In this document: positions 21,302-33,957 of the stretch, piece after piece
Position numbering within the stretch: the first letter of the stretch is position 1
How the letters are laid out: the number at the start of each line of letters is the position of its first letter
Source: Patellaria atrata CBS 101060
Taxonomy: Eukaryota
Assembly: GCA_010093705.1 (NCBI GenBank)
Contig: MU006105.1
Coordinates: 411,960-475,959 of the forward strand
Length of the DNA: 64,000 nt
Direction of reading: 5' to 3'
The notes under the pieces: generated by a model
Told to the model about the DNA's origin: nothing
Databases searched by the model: none
What the model saw: only the letters and a program-made list of their open reading frames with translations
Program-made: the position numbers and the translations under genes

Positions 21302-24300
21302 TTAGAAACTGTTGAGACCGTTTTGTAGATCGCCCTGGATCCCGAAGAAATTGAACCTGCAAGAGAACGGTTAGTTATCAAACTTAGCAAACCGAACTGA
21401 GCACGAGAACATACCAATCCTCAACATTCAGCGTGATAGGCACAACGCCACCGTCTTTACTGCTATTGCTCCACGTATCCTCACTGCTCTGGCCGGTCCC
21501 GGGCTGCTGCATTCCCCAGGATCCGGAGTTTGGATCGCCTTGTTGCATCGGATGCATGGGCATCTGCATGCTCTGCCCCTGTCCCTGCATTTGCATGTTT
21601 GGTATTTGCATCTGGACTTGTTGTTGTTGAGGTGTAACCGCCCCGATATTCTGTAGTTGTGGATCTACGAGGCTATGTTGCTGTACAGGTGAAATATGTG
21701 GGATAGATACGTTAGTGTCCGCCGGGAAAAGATCATTGGGCTGGAAATTCTGCCACAGATCCTGAGAGATATTTGGAGAGTTGCGGGTGACGAGGAATAG
21801 GTCCGGTGGAGTGCCCGGATAGGAGTATGAGGGGTTGAATGGAGTCGTTGGCCGGGTGCCAGAGCGAGAAGGTCCCATGAAGGCATCATTGTTTTGACGT
21901 GGGGCGTTAGGGGAGTTAGGGTTAAGGGTAGGCATTTGCTGCTGCTGTGCTTGTTGCTGCGCCGCGTCGCGAGATGGTGGTTGATTCGGGCTTTGAGGGC
22001 GAGAGCGCTCGTAAGATACAGTTGCTGCAGGCGGACCAGTCGCGAAGCCGCCGATATCCATATCGTCAAACTTCCTTTTGAGTTGAGTATCGTCCTTGAC
22101 TTTTGGAGCGGTAGACATCGACATGAGCTTCTTATGACGCCTGCCATGGGCTTTCTGAAGTCTCTCTTCGAGAGTTTTATTGCCGAGGATGGATTCGAAG
22201 AGGGTATGTACCATCTTAGCAACAAGCCATACCTTCGACACCTCTTTAAGAGCGTTCATACAAACCTGTAACCGTTGCTCCGTTGCAGACACTACAGATT
22301 TGTTCGAGGAACGCATCTGGTAGACGTGCATGATCAATGCCGAAAACAAGCTATAAACAATGAAGGCTGGAGTATATCGTAATTCGTCATGTGCGGAAAG
22401 GTTTTCGATGATAGAAGTAATCATCCCAGCTGCCTGATAAGCAATTGTGCGGGATGGATATGCATTCTCCTCGTTCTGACCACCCTGAGTGGCGCCAGCG
22501 GGAGGCATATGAGCCCGATGAAGCAAACATAAGGTGGTACTAATTAAGTTAGCTAGTTTTATCTAGGAAAAGAATTGGTTAGACTTACTAGTAATTGGCA
22601 TGCAGTAAAGCAGCCCAGAAATGATGATTAGGTCGCTCCCAATAGACTTCCTTCGGACAATGTTGAAGCCAGTCAGCTAGAGCCATATCTGAATGAGTGA
22701 GATCGATTGCGTTCGTACGCCTAAATTTGGATGCAACGGAGTACTGCTGCGATAAGACGAGACCCATGATCTCACAGAGCTTGACGTAGTTGATGAAGAA
22801 TTGAACGTGAACTGGGTCTTGTGGAATCTCTGCTGGACGATCAGGTTCATCTTCAACGAAATCATCTTCTGATATCATCTCGACGTCCGAGTCTTCCGGG
22901 TTGATAGCAACTGGTCGACCGAGGGCAACAGCTACGGAACGATCTCTTGAGAACAGAGTCCACCAAATTCGTTTCCACAAGCGCTTATCAGCCCGAGTTA
23001 ACTGAGAGCCCTCGACACTATTTTCTCATTAGTAGGGTCCCTTAACGCATCCTATGCAAAAGTTACCTTCTATGCATGCCGGATCCTTGAGCTACAACGA
23101 TTGCTACCCTGCTCCAGTAGAAGACATTCTTCGTTACGTCTATATATCTTCAGTAAACATGCTTTTGTCAGAATATCACGATACCATACCTTCAGGGCCT
23201 TCCCAGTACCAACCCAGCAGTATGACGGCTTGAACTATGGTCACGCGGTCATCCTCATAATTTGCATCGTAGAGAGCTTTCGCGCGCTTATAGAACGTCA
23301 TAGCTGCTGGTGTCGTTGAGCCCGTAGAATCCATAAGCTGGGGGTGTGTGCAGACACGCGATCCTGCTAATAACATGGCCTGCAACAACAACAGAGAGGG
23401 TGGGTTCTTGGGGTCTCGATATTGCCGCATGAACCTATTTCGATTGATCACCGGAACCACTGGTGCGACCCATTTGAAATATGCTTCGATCAAGTCGTCA
23501 CACAACGCTCGGGGTGGTAGCAGGAACGCCCCTCGCTGGTGCAGGATCTCAATCTCCATCTTATCCATGTCATCAACCCTAGCTTTTGCCCCTCTGATAT
23601 TATCTGGTAATGGGTAATGGACAACATCTGTATTACCATATCGATCGTAGACGAGTAGAGAAAGATTTGAAGACTCTCCTAGATAGGCGACTCGTCCTGC
23701 ATCCTTGATTGGGGCTCTCGCAAACTTTGGCTTCATAAACTGTAAATACGTTCCGTTGTGAGTGGCTTGTTGTTTGGCATAGGCTTCGGAAACACTGGTA
23801 CTAGGTGTCCCATCGGGTGAATTGTATACTGTAGTCTTCCCCTCTGTTGATAATTCTGCCCTCGTCTTCACCGCGGCGTCTGTTGTTGGCGGTGTTCGGT
23901 CATCTTGCTGGCTTTCTCCGCGTTCGCTATGATCACATCCTTCATCAGTACCCTTGCTGTTTTCCAATCTGTTTAGTATCACTCACCTATCCGTATCCTT
24001 TGATTTGGCTTGTTGCGCGGTCTTCTTCCGTTTCGGCGTAGGGATTCTACATTCGATGGAAAATGCGGAGCAATTCGTGCATGGCACACCAAGACTGGCA
24101 GCGTCGCATCGTACCTGAACACAATGTGAGCTCTAGACAATTTGGAGGTGATAGTATGCATATACGACGTACTTTTCGTGCATGACAGGTCTGTAGATGA
24201 TTGTAATAATATGGTTAGCTATGAAGGATCCATTACATCGCCGAATCTGACTTCGTTGAACCTCGGTGCCGAGGCAGGAATGGGATGTGGGAACGTTCAT

Positions 24301-24525
24301 ATCGATTAGATAGTTCTAACATACCTCGCAAGCTCTGGATGCCCGTTGTCTTATTGCAGCAAAAGAATCATTAGTACCATTTCAGCACAAAGTGCATACT
24401 GGAGATATCGCTTCATACCTTCTGAAACTGGGACCAGCAGCTTGCAATTTGCCCCCGGCAGTGGATTGCGGTGCTGAGACCTGCGGGCTTGTCGCCATGG
24501 ACATGAAGCTATTTTCTGCGGCCAT
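21302..24525 (-). CDS. ctf1A: Zn(II)2Cys6 transcription factor, cutinase transcription factor 1-alpha / FarA type (multi-exon)
   Basis: Spliced micro-exons (24349-24325, 24190-24173, 24114-23987) give RQRASRACETCHARKVRCDAASLGVPCTNCSAFSIECRIP. Fungal TF middle domain (YLGESSNL, WKRIWWTLFSRDRS) and C-terminus TLNVEDWFNFFGI. Confidence 0.9.
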
Positions 24526-24834
24526 GCTATCGAGGGCGAGAGGACTTGCTGGTAGTATTGGCCTATAATACCTTTTCCCACCTCTTGATTCCTCAAGAGT
24601 TACTGTTGTTTGGTGTTTGTTGGTTTGCGGTAGACTTAGTTCTAGCTCAAATGTATGGCCAAAGCTGCTTAACCCCCTCGAAAACTCCTGACTCGATATC
24701 TTCATGTTGTCCCCTCCCACATCTAGTACATTCAACATCGTCAGACTTTTCAAATTTTACAGTATAACAAGGACAAGTAAATATTGTATATAAGGGCGAG
24801 TATCTGAATTAGTAAATGAACTTTCCTTTAGAAG

Positions 24835-25457
24835 TCAGTTCTTTCGAGACTCGAATTCTTGAGCCTCGAGTTCTTGTTCCTCTAGCAGCGACTCTAGGAT
24901 TGTCTCTAGGTCAAGAAGCTCCAGGTCTGAAGACGGTCGTCCCTGGGACTCTTGATACTCGTCTTGAGGGCTTTCCGGTTGAGACGATTGCGGTTGGAAT
25001 CCTTGCGGTTGAGGGTTCTGCTCGGAAGACTCCTCTTGAGAGTAAATTGATAAGGTATACAAGGATCGAGAGTCGTACTGAAGGGCCTCTTGCTCCGTAG
25101 ACTTGATCTTTGGAGATTCTCGAGTTTCGGGTCCTTTCTCTTCAGAGCCTTTCTCTTGGGAGTCTTTCTTTTGGGGGTGTTTCTCTTGGGAGTCTTCCTC
25201 TAGAGAGTCTTTCTCTTGATTCTCTTTCTGTTGAGACTCTTTCTCTTCGTCCTCTAGTTCCTAGTTACAAGTGTCAGGAATCGGATCAGAAAATTGCGTA
25301 CTTTTCTTACTATGAGAATTTCCAGCAACGAATTAAGGTGCTTTATTTCACAAGTTGCGGCGTATACGACTTCTAAAAACCGTACTTGCTCTTTTGCAAT
25401 CTTGATCTCCAATTGAAGGATCTTTTTCTTGATCCTCTGTTCTGTGCTGATGGGCAT
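24835..25457 (-). CDS. Small two-exon acidic E/Q/S-rich hypothetical protein (~190 aa) with 5-aa repeats
   Basis: Exon 25457-25311, 50-nt intron 25310-25261 (GTAAGA...CTGAC...CTAG), exon 25260-24835. The spliced frame is open throughout. Confidence 0.6.
25136..25255. repeat. 15-bp imperfect tandem repeat, 8 units (consensus TTCTCTTGGGAGTCT)
   Basis: Read directly. Encodes QEKDS-like pentapeptides on the minus strand. Confidence 0.85.
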
Positions 25458-26038
25458 CTCTCTTTCAAGAAAAAGACTTGATCCCAGGATCGTCCCAGAT
25501 CGTTTCTTTCTATTGCTGGAAAGTGGATAGATATTCTTTCATCAGTTAGATAGCATCGATGTTCTAATGTGTGATCTTTCTCAATCGGACTTCAGTTGCT
25601 TGGCTCGAGATTTGCTGAAGACGAATATCTCTCGTTAACCCGCTTCCATCGATTGCACCTCGAGACAAGAGGGTAATTATGTGCTTGTAGTGGCATTAGA
25701 CATCTCAGTAAAAGCCGGACTTGTGAGTGAAGGTGAAGGATAATTGACGTTTGATTGAGCCATCAGGTGTGTAAATGTGCGCAGATGAGTTGAATTTCTC
25801 GAGTGTGGGAGCTCGTGAACCTCCTGATTCCCAAATTAGGAAGGAAGAGGACATATAGAAGCAGCAGACCCTCCCCGTTACAATACGGTAATCTTAGATA
25901 CCTTACCAAGTCTACCGTAGATAAGTCATCTCTATCAATTCTGTCTAGTGACTCGCCGTCCATCACTTGATCACTTTTGATCACCCATCTGTTCTTCTTC
26001 ACCCCTTTCTGTTCAATTGAATTTGAACCACCTCTCCA

Positions 26039-26698
26039 TCACTTCTGCTCAATCATAACCCCTGCGGATGCTTCACCCTCTTCTTCCTCTCCCTTCCTTA
26101 CTCTGAAAGCAAGCAACATAACCAACTTCTGCTCCTCCGTGGCAAATTGCAACTCTCTACCACCCACGCAACCGGCTTTCAACTCCTCTTCCGAAATCCA
26201 CAGATAATCTTGGTGCTCCCTCGGATCCAACTGCACAAACGGCGGTTCCTCGTGCATTACTATCGGCGTTGCAACCTGACCCTGCTCCACCTCGAGCTCC
26301 TCACTCGCATCAACGTCAACTGCTTCTCTCCCGGCAACCTCAACCTCAAAACTCAACTTAATCCACCTCACCTTCACCAAATCACCCGTCTCAAACTCGA
26401 CATGGGCTCCGATCTGCCTTACCACCTTGCTTCCCCTCAGCCCTGTTTCTTCCCTCAACTCCCGCATCAAAGCATGGAAGATCGTAGGGTCATCCATCTC
26501 GGCGGAGCCACCGGGATACTCCCAACGATTCCCAGCAAAGTTTTCGGCCGCCGCACGCTGGACGATGAGGAGACGATCGGCATGAAAGACCAATGCCCCG
26601 GTTACGACGCGGTGGTATTGGGCGTTTCGAGCAAGGAAGAGGGAAGGGGAAATGGAGAGATGGTCGAGTGGGCACGGGAATCGCTTCATATTCTTCAT
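26039..26698 (-). CDS. NUDIX hydrolase
   Basis: Nudix box WEYPGGSAEMDDPTIFHALMRELREETGL, plus LLIVQRA and LDPREHQDYLW. Confidence 0.88.
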   Translation of the reverse strand: MKNMKRFPCPLDHLSISPSLFLARNAQYHRVVTGALVFHADRLLIVQRAAAENFAGNRWEYPGGSAEMDDPTIFHALMRELREETGLRGSKVVRQIGAHVEFETGDLVKVRWIKLSFEVEVAGREAVDVDASEELEVEQGQVATPIVMHEEPPFVQLDPREHQDYLWISEEELKAGCVGGRELQFATEEQKLVMLLAFRVRKGEEEEGEASAGVMIEQK

Positions 26699-27766
26699 GA
26701 GGAATTCGCTTGGACTGGCTTGTTATTTGCTTTGGTCTTAGGTTATGACGGTTTCTGTATATATCTGGTGATCCGTATTCTTGGCTAGGTACTTGATAAT
26801 ATGAAGAGGTAAAGGGGAGGAGATTTCTCAGAGACCAGTGAATATGTAGCTCAGAGACGATTTTGAGAGTTAGATTTTGTGGTTCTTCGTTCTCCTACCT
26901 CAGTTAAAGGGAAAGCTGTATTATATGTGTGTGATAGTTGCTGCCTAGTGAGGAAAAGCTATATTTGAGGCAACAACATACGGATGCCCACCTTAATAGT
27001 ATCGAATAAAGACTAAAAGTTTGACGTGCTTATACGAGAAACACATTCAATACTCTGTTTACCTGTGTACGTCGATCCATAGAAGTGAAAAGACATGAAG
27101 AGCCTACAAACTACTTAAACTAGTGAGACAACGTATTAATAACGACAATCTTATCATTCACAGTGGCTTCATTAGTCGAGCCGAGTCTTGTAAGACTACA
27201 ATGGTCTCTTTATAATCACTCAGAATACTGTAGTAGAAGAGGACGCGGGTATAGTGTAGCAGTGGAGTTGAAGTTGCTGAAGGGCCTTTACCTTCTACTC
27301 TTAATCCTCACAATCCTCTATGTGAGTAATGTGATTCATAATGGTAAGTAACACAATCATGAGCGTGCAAGGGTGGAATATTCTCAGTAGTTTTTGTGGA
27401 GAGTTTCCTTGGGTTCTTTGGACGAAAGCCCCTTGCTCCCCAGCCACACACATTTTAGCTGGATATACTCCGTAGGTACCTCCTCTTACTACCTTCCAGA
27501 TATCTTAGATATATCCGAGTATCTGCAGAAAAGATATGAACTTAGGTTAGATTGTACTGTACGACGTGTAAGATACTGATAGGTAACAAATGACTGTCGG
27601 GTAACACGTTCTGTAACAAGAAACTAAGCGACCCCACGCACTACGTTCTACCGTACTGACGGCACTACACTTTCATGCAGACGTAGGGCCTCGTTTCCCC
27701 TCTTATGAAATCATTCGCCATCTCTTCGATCTACTATAAAACTTCTACTCTCCCTATGCTAGCACA

Positions 27767-28069
27767 ATGTCTTCCTCAAGCCCCCAACCGTCCAAAAAGC
27801 GCATCCAAATCACTACCAACACTGCAGTCGACTCCTCGACCTTCTACGAACGCGTCCACAACCAATCCACCGGCGAAGTCAAGGTTGTCGACCAAAAGAG
27901 CCCCTCCTTCAACACAAAATCCGTTACCCTAAGCACAAATCCATATACACTCGAGACTAAAGGGACACCCGAAAGCACAAAGACTAAAAAAGGAGCCGCT
28001 ACCTCCATCTCTGCTTCCGAAGTCTCTATACACAAGGACCCTACCGAATACGACGTAAGCCAGCTGTAG
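27767..28069 (+). CDS. Possible small hypothetical protein (100 aa) directly upstream of rpiB
   Basis: ATG in a good context (CACAATGTC) and an open frame; no recognisable domain. Confidence 0.3.
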   Translation: MSSSSPQPSKKRIQITTNTAVDSSTFYERVHNQSTGEVKVVDQKSPSFNTKSVTLSTNPYTLETKGTPESTKTKKGAATSISASEVSIHKDPTEYDVSQL

Positions 28070-28113
28070 AGCCCCTTACTCGAGGAGAAAGAAAGAAGAT
28101 ATTTATCTATCCC

Positions 28114-28635
28114 ATGTCGGAACCTAAGCCCCTAAGAGTAGCTATCGGTTGCGACGATGCCGGCTACTCCTATAAGAGCGCTATTATAAAAGACCTGAAG
28201 GAATCTGCCCTCGTCTCAGATGTAATGGATATCGGCGTTGCCTCCAACTCGGACAAAACCGCCTATCCGCACATCGCCGTGGACACCGCACAGCTCGTCG
28301 CATCCGGCAAAGCAGACCGCGCCATTCTTATCTGCGGAACTGGATTAGGCGTCGCAATATCCGCAAATAAGGTGCCGGGGATCAGGGCAGTGACCGCACA
28401 TGATAGTTTCAGTGTCGAGAGAGCGGTGCTAAGTAATGATGCGCAGGTGCTGTGCATGGGGGAGAGGGTCATAGGTATTGAGTTGGCTAGGAGGTTGGCT
28501 AAGGAGTATTTGGGGTATCGGTTTGATGAGGGTAGTGCGAGTAAGAAGAAGGTGGATGCTATTATGGAGCATGAAAGGACGCTAGCAAGTAAGGCAAATG
28601 AGAACGGAGAGAATGGAACGAATGGGAAAGCATAA
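28114..28635 (+). CDS. rpiB: Ribose-5-phosphate isomerase B (RpiB/LacAB family)
   Basis: [35 protein letters not shown] and [14 protein letters not shown]. Confidence 0.93.
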   Translation: MSEPKPLRVAIGCDDAGYSYKSAIIKDLKESALVSDVMDIGVASNSDKTAYPHIAVDTAQLVASGKADRAILICGTGLGVAISANKVPGIRAVTAHDSFSVERAVLSNDAQVLCMGERVIGIELARRLAKEYLGYRFDEGSASKKKVDAIMEHERTLASKANENGENGTNGKA

Positions 28636-28974
28636 AGAGGGGGTGACGGGGTTCTTCTGTTCTCTTGAGGTTTTTTGGGAAGGGGTCAAGATCTTTATCT
28701 ACACGAGATGTCACGCTTATCGTTCGACTAACGATAGGTTCTATTTGTTCCAATCTTTTACAGAGTCCTTGTTTGTACGCTATTCGCAAGTGGGTTGACT
28801 GGCGGTTCGAACATATGTTGACGATAGCAGAATTATCCATAGCCTTGTCATAACGAATAATGGGCACCAAATCTGTTTCACCACACCTTGACCTCTCTAC
28901 CCCTAATGCCCCCAACTCCACGCCATTGGTAGAGTTACAGTCCATAGATCTGCCTTAAACAGCCCGGATTATTC

Positions 28975-30027
28975 TTACTTCTTATGCCTTTTCGATCTCC
29001 TTGGTGGTATCTCTGAAGACTGTTCCTTTCCTTGGCCCCTTTTCGATTGCCTGGAACTATTCTTCCGTTGTAGTTTCTCTGAGGCTGGTGATGCTCCGGT
29101 TTTGTCTCCTTGCTCATTTGTAGATATCCTAGAGCTATTCTTTTGCTCTCCTTTTACCACGGTTGGTGATGAGCCGCTCTTCATTCCTTCCTTTCGACTC
29201 TAGATGTCATGGAGACTTTCCTTGGTGTCATATACGATTTCACTTTCAAGGATAGTCTCTACGTCTGTATCCCATTCGAGATTTTGTTCACGAAACCTGG
29301 TGGGATCGCACAACCACTCTGCAGCAAGCTGTCCAGTTCGCTCTCCCATCGCTTGTGTAGCCTTTTTCGGAACAACGTTCATCCCATGATCGGCCGACTC
29401 CACACATATTACCCAGATACGACATTGCATCTTCTCATCTCATTCAAAATAATAAGATCGCACATTTTATCACGGGACCCGACGATAAATAGCACAATCG
29501 ACTCCGGTTGCAGTTCTAACAGAATCTGATCCCTAAGTTCTCCCTTAGGCGACTGTAACGGATAGCTCACAAGTACCAGTGGTGGAATGTTCGCCAATTC
29601 TAGCTCCAGAAATGCCATAACCGCAGCTCTAGCACCCATACTCCTTCCGCCCAAGGCAATAGGGAAATTACGTTCAGACGAACGTCTATGTGCGATGGTT
29701 TTCCTAAACCCAACGACTCTAGACTTCAGGTTCATGTTCCCCTGAAACAGAAGTATACGCATGGACGTGCAGAAACCATTGCGGAAATTAATCACTGCAG
29801 AAGCGGAGAGTGTTCCTCCTGCGCCATGGGTGAAGATCAGTAAGAACCCGACTTTGGAAGAACCGTGTCGTTCGCATGGAGGAGGGTCTTGAGATGATAC
29901 TGAGTTAGTAGAGGATTGGAGATTTTTCTCCAGAGGATGAGTCGTCTTTTAAATCACGCCCTCCTTTGGGTGGTAGAATTGAGACTTCGTCTTCCTTTCC
30001 GGGAATTTGACGACGTTTACGCGGCAT
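28975..30027 (-). pseudogene. Alpha/beta hydrolase (KANL3/Tex30-like), frameshifted
   Basis: IFTHGAGG, nucleophile elbow GGRSMGARAA, LVSYPL and GSRDKMC. The His motif ADHGM lies in another frame after ~29430. An in-frame TAG at 29200-29202 precedes a basic tail. The 5' end is either a 121-nt intron (30020-29900, GTAAAC...TACTAAC.TCAG) or a second frameshift. Confidence 0.7.
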
Positions 30028-30579
30028 TCTTGCGAAAATCCGTGGTGTTGATGAATTTGTTTCGCTTTGGGGACTGTGGTATTCGTATCTTGTTCTTTAT
30101 GGTCAACAAATCTGCCCTACTATATACTTGCTTCTAGTACTACTAATGTATTCGTTAACTCGAAGTTGTATTACCCAAATAGCAATCAAAAAAGGTTTCC
30201 TCTATCAGTAGATTCAGATTTATCAACGAGTGTTATGATAGTAGGATAGACATTACGGCAGGCGGATTGAAAGAGATTTCGATCCCTACGGAGCAGCGGA
30301 AGCTATCATTCTAGTAAAATATTTTACAATACTGATATTTCACCTTCAGAGAATCAGAGATTTGTTGATATACAATACGTTAGGGGCTAGGAGGTGCAGG
30401 AGCTCAAGCGAAACGCGCAGAACGCGACCACGTCCAGTTGCGGCTAGCATGCGAAATGCCATCATCTGTTTCTACCACAAGCTAGAGTGCGTTTTACTCA
30501 AACACATTCACATCTTCTTATAACATTTTCCATGTGACCATTCACTTCATCCATTGACTTTCGATAAACATCTTCCACC

Positions 30580-33500
30580 ATGAGCACAAACACCCCTGGT
30601 CTACCTGCCCCAAGGGTGCCGCTGGTGTCAACAAACCAAGACTCTACATTGACGGCCAACTCGTCGAAAAGACTATCTTTGAACACAGCTTCTAAAACGC
30701 CTCTCCCAGTATCGCCTGGGTATAGATCCCCGTCGCGAAACCCTTACGATCGAAGTCAGGCCTCAAACTCTCCAACTACGTCGGCTCCCCCGAGTCCCTT
30801 GCGTCGCAGTTCCAGCAGCGCAAGCTTGAATCGGGCGCCTCGTTCCCCAGGATTGCTCAAAAAAGCTTCGACTTCCTCACTACGTGGTAGGGACATGCCC
30901 TCAACACCTCGGGCGGGTCTCGCACGTCGGTCTTCATCGAATCTATTAGCCTCGCCCGGTGGCCCTCTGAAATCCCCACTTGCTACATCCATGGAAGCTC
31001 CACCTTTAACAGCGGCGGAGGTTGCGTCAACATATTTCCAGAAAGAGCTTAGTATCCACCAAGATGAGAATTCTACCGCGAAAACTGTGGTTATACTGCA
31101 CGATGCCTGTTATGGTCATAGATACTCCAGACCTAAAACGACTAAATCCACACTCAGCTTGATTGTTGAGCGCCCCGAACGTATTCATGCAGGAGTCCTA
31201 GGTATCGCAGCAGCATATGTTCGTCTAGGGGAGAAACATGCGGAAGGCCACAGTCCACCTCATCCTTCAAGATCTCCGGACCATCAACTCCCATTTAAGA
31301 TTATTAGGACCTCTAGAAACGTTAGCATCACTTCTTCTGCTGTCACAAACGTCCACGGCACGAAGTGGATGCAAGAACTCAAAACTATGTGCGACACCGC
31401 TGGACAGAAACTGGCTACTACTGGAAAGGAACTTGTCAGGACCGAGGAACCTTACCAGCAACCAAAGGAGAAGTTTCACGAGGGAGACCTCTATCTTTCT
31501 CCCGAGTCTCTGGGTGCTTTCGAAGGCGCACTTGGAGGCGTGTGCGATGGAGTGGATGCTGTATTCGAGGGGTCCAAAACCCCATCTGGACCTACTCATG
31601 CTTTCGTATGTGTTCGTCCTCCTGGCCATCACTGCTCAGCAGATTTCCCTTCAGGATTTTGTTGGATCAACAATGTCCATATTGGAATCCAGCATGCCGC
31701 GCAAGCTCACGGTTTAACGCATGCAGCGATTATTGACTTTGATCTTCACCATGGAGACGGATCCCAAGAGATCACCTGGGACCATAATGCTAAGCTTGGA
31801 AAGCTTCCAAAGAATACACCCAACTCCAAGAAAGCATCGATTGGGTACTTCAGCTTGCACGATATCAACTCTTATCCCTGCGAAAGCGGCGATGAAGAAA
31901 AGGTGCAGAATGCTAGCCTTTGCATCGAAAATGCGCACGGTCAATCGATCTGGAATGTCCATCTACAACCTTGGAAAACCGAGGACGATTTCTGGACACT
32001 CTATGAAACTAGGTACAAAGTTTTAATAAACAAAGCACGAGCCTTTCTTCGTAACAATACAGAACGGTTGAAAGGTCTCGGAAATCATCCTCCAGGCAGG
32101 GCTGCGATCTTCTTATCAGCAGGCTTTGACGCAAGTGAGTGGGAAAGTCAAGGCATGCAGAGGCACAAGGTTTTCGTTCCTACGGAATTCTACGCGAGGC
32201 TCACCCAAGATGTTGTAAAGATGTCTGAAGAGGAGGGCCTCGGTGTCGATGGTCGTATCATCAGTGTACTTGAAGGAGGCTATAGCGACAGAGCTCTTAT
32301 GACTGGCGTTCTAAGCCATTTGAGTGGACTCTGCGATGGCCAAACATTACCGTCTTCGTCATCTCAGCCTGATTCAGTTGATGAGAGTGGGTTAGGATGG
32401 GAGATGGTCCAGAAGTTAACCAATATGAAACTGGACGACAAACCTAAGGTAGAAATTCGTGATCGGGAACTCCACTACGATACCAATTGGTGGGAGCCAT
32501 CCTCTCTTTCTACTTTGGAATCGCTTGTCTACCCAGCACCACTACCATCGGCAACTATCAAAAGCAAACGCACAGCACCTACCCACAACTACTCTTCTCC
32601 GACTCAGGCTTCTGTCGCCAAAGTAGCCGAAATTAGCAAGATCCATCGTTCTAGCTCGGGGTCTTACCGCAATGGATCGTTAACTCCCTCGAGAGCGGCG
32701 ACACCTCCACCACCAGATGTCGATTGGATAACTGCTACATATGAACTGAGCAAGTTATTGATACCGACAGATCGTACTACTAAGAGCTGCAAACCAGAGG
32801 AACTTACAGCTACAGCTATGAAGAAGGATCGCCGTTCATCTGTTGCCAGTGTCGCAAGCGTTTCTACCGCTGCATTTCCACCAACAACTACAGTCGCACA
32901 ACCTAGTGGTAGACAACTAAGGGGCAGAAAACCAAAAGTGCCCTATGGCGAAACAGTCATAGATGATGATAAGGACCCCTTAAAATCGCGCGGCGATCGG
33001 AGAAAGACAATGGGTGCTCTACCTCCACGAGTGGAATCCGCTCCTAAGCCCACCCAACCCCGTCGCCGACTCAGTGTCGCGTCAAGTGTGAGTTCTATTG
33101 GTGACAGAACAGGTGTGCTTCCCTCAGGTATCCCGATTTCAAGACTAAACAGCGCAACCTCTACGTCCGCAAGCGCTATGCAAGGTGCCGTCAGGAAACC
33201 AAGAGCGAGCTCGAAACCTCCTGTACCCGTACGGCCTTCAGTAACGGCAAGGATCAAATCTGTCGAACAGAAATCTTCAAAGGTCAAATCGGAGACGAAG
33301 GATGAAGATCCCATGGATCAACTCTCGCGCGGACTAAAGAGAATCACGCTCAAGGTCCCTTCCAAAGAGGAGCACGAGGCGAAGTTGCAGAAGAAGGTTG
33401 ATGGCGGGATGGAAAAGAACGACGTGGATGAGACAGGAAAGAAGAAACCTCAAGCGCCAAAGACGGCATCGAAGAAAGGAGCAGTCGGTAGACCTCCTAA

Positions 33501-33957
33501 AATTACTACCACGACTAGCAAGCAGAGAGTTCTTCCTTCTGCTGATAGCAATTCCTTCCCCATTCCACAAGTCCCTCAACCTGCACAGTCCCAAATTACT
33601 TCACCGCATGACGCACTTCAGAGGGTCGTTTCTCCAAGCGCACCTCTTTCACCCTCCGAGGAATTACCCATTTCACAATTCGAGGCTGTGACGGAACTTC
33701 TCCCACAAACCGCATCTCCGCCTCGCCCAGACACTCCACCGCCCCCACCACCGGCTGTAATCCCGCAATTTATCCAGTACGATCCTTATCCGGCTGGATC
33801 TCACCCGATAGCAGCCAGTATGGGACAGCACTTCGCTACACCACCTCTCCAGTGGCTTCCACCTAATACAGACACTGCTGCTACTGGAACATTCTCACCT
33901 CCTCCTGCAACTTCCCCGGAAACGAATCCCCTTACGGGAACAAATCAGAGAGAATAA
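30580..33957 (+). CDS. HOS3: Histone deacetylase, fungal Hos3/HosB type
   Basis: IVERPERI, RPPGHH, SGFCWINNV, DFDLHHGDG, FLSAGFDASE and VLEGGYSD, with long S/P-rich termini. Confidence 0.92.
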   Translation: MSTNTPGLPAPRVPLVSTNQDSTLTANSSKRLSLNTASKTPLPVSPGYRSPSRNPYDRSQASNSPTTSAPPSPLRRSSSSASLNRAPRSPGLLKKASTSSLRGRDMPSTPRAGLARRSSSNLLASPGGPLKSPLATSMEAPPLTAAEVASTYFQKELSIHQDENSTAKTVVILHDACYGHRYSRPKTTKSTLSLIVERPERIHAGVLGIAAAYVRLGEKHAEGHSPPHPSRSPDHQLPFKIIRTSRNVSITSSAVTNVHGTKWMQELKTMCDTAGQKLATTGKELVRTEEPYQQPKEKFHEGDLYLSPESLGAFEGALGGVCDGVDAVFEGSKTPSGPTHAFVCVRPPGHHCSADFPSGFCWINNVHIGIQHAAQAHGLTHAAIIDFDLHHGDGSQEITWDHNAKLGKLPKNTPNSKKASIGYFSLHDINSYPCESGDEEKVQNASLCIENAHGQSIWNVHLQPWKTEDDFWTLYETRYKVLINKARAFLRNNTERLKGLGNHPPGRAAIFLSAGFDASEWESQGMQRHKVFVPTEFYARLTQDVVKMSEEEGLGVDGRIISVLEGGYSDRALMTGVLSHLSGLCDGQTLPSSSSQPDSVDESGLGWEMVQKLTNMKLDDKPKVEIRDRELHYDTNWWEPSSLSTLESLVYPAPLPSATIKSKRTAPTHNYSSPTQASVAKVAEISKIHRSSSGSYRNGSLTPSRAATPPPPDVDWITATYELSKLLIPTDRTTKSCKPEELTATAMKKDRRSSVASVASVSTAAFPPTTTVAQPSGRQLRGRKPKVPYGETVIDDDKDPLKSRGDRRKTMGALPPRVESAPKPTQPRRRLSVASSVSSIGDRTGVLPSGIPISRLNSATSTSASAMQGAVRKPRASSKPPVPVRPSVTARIKSVEQKSSKVKSETKDEDPMDQLSRGLKRITLKVPSKEEHEAKLQKKVDGGMEKNDVDETGKKKPQAPKTASKKGAVGRPPKITTTTSKQRVLPSADSNSFPIPQVPQPAQSQITSPHDALQRVVSPSAPLSPSEELPISQFEAVTELLPQTASPPRPDTPPPPPPAVIPQFIQYDPYPAGSHPIAASMGQHFATPPLQWLPPNTDTAATGTFSPPPATSPETNPLTGTNQRE

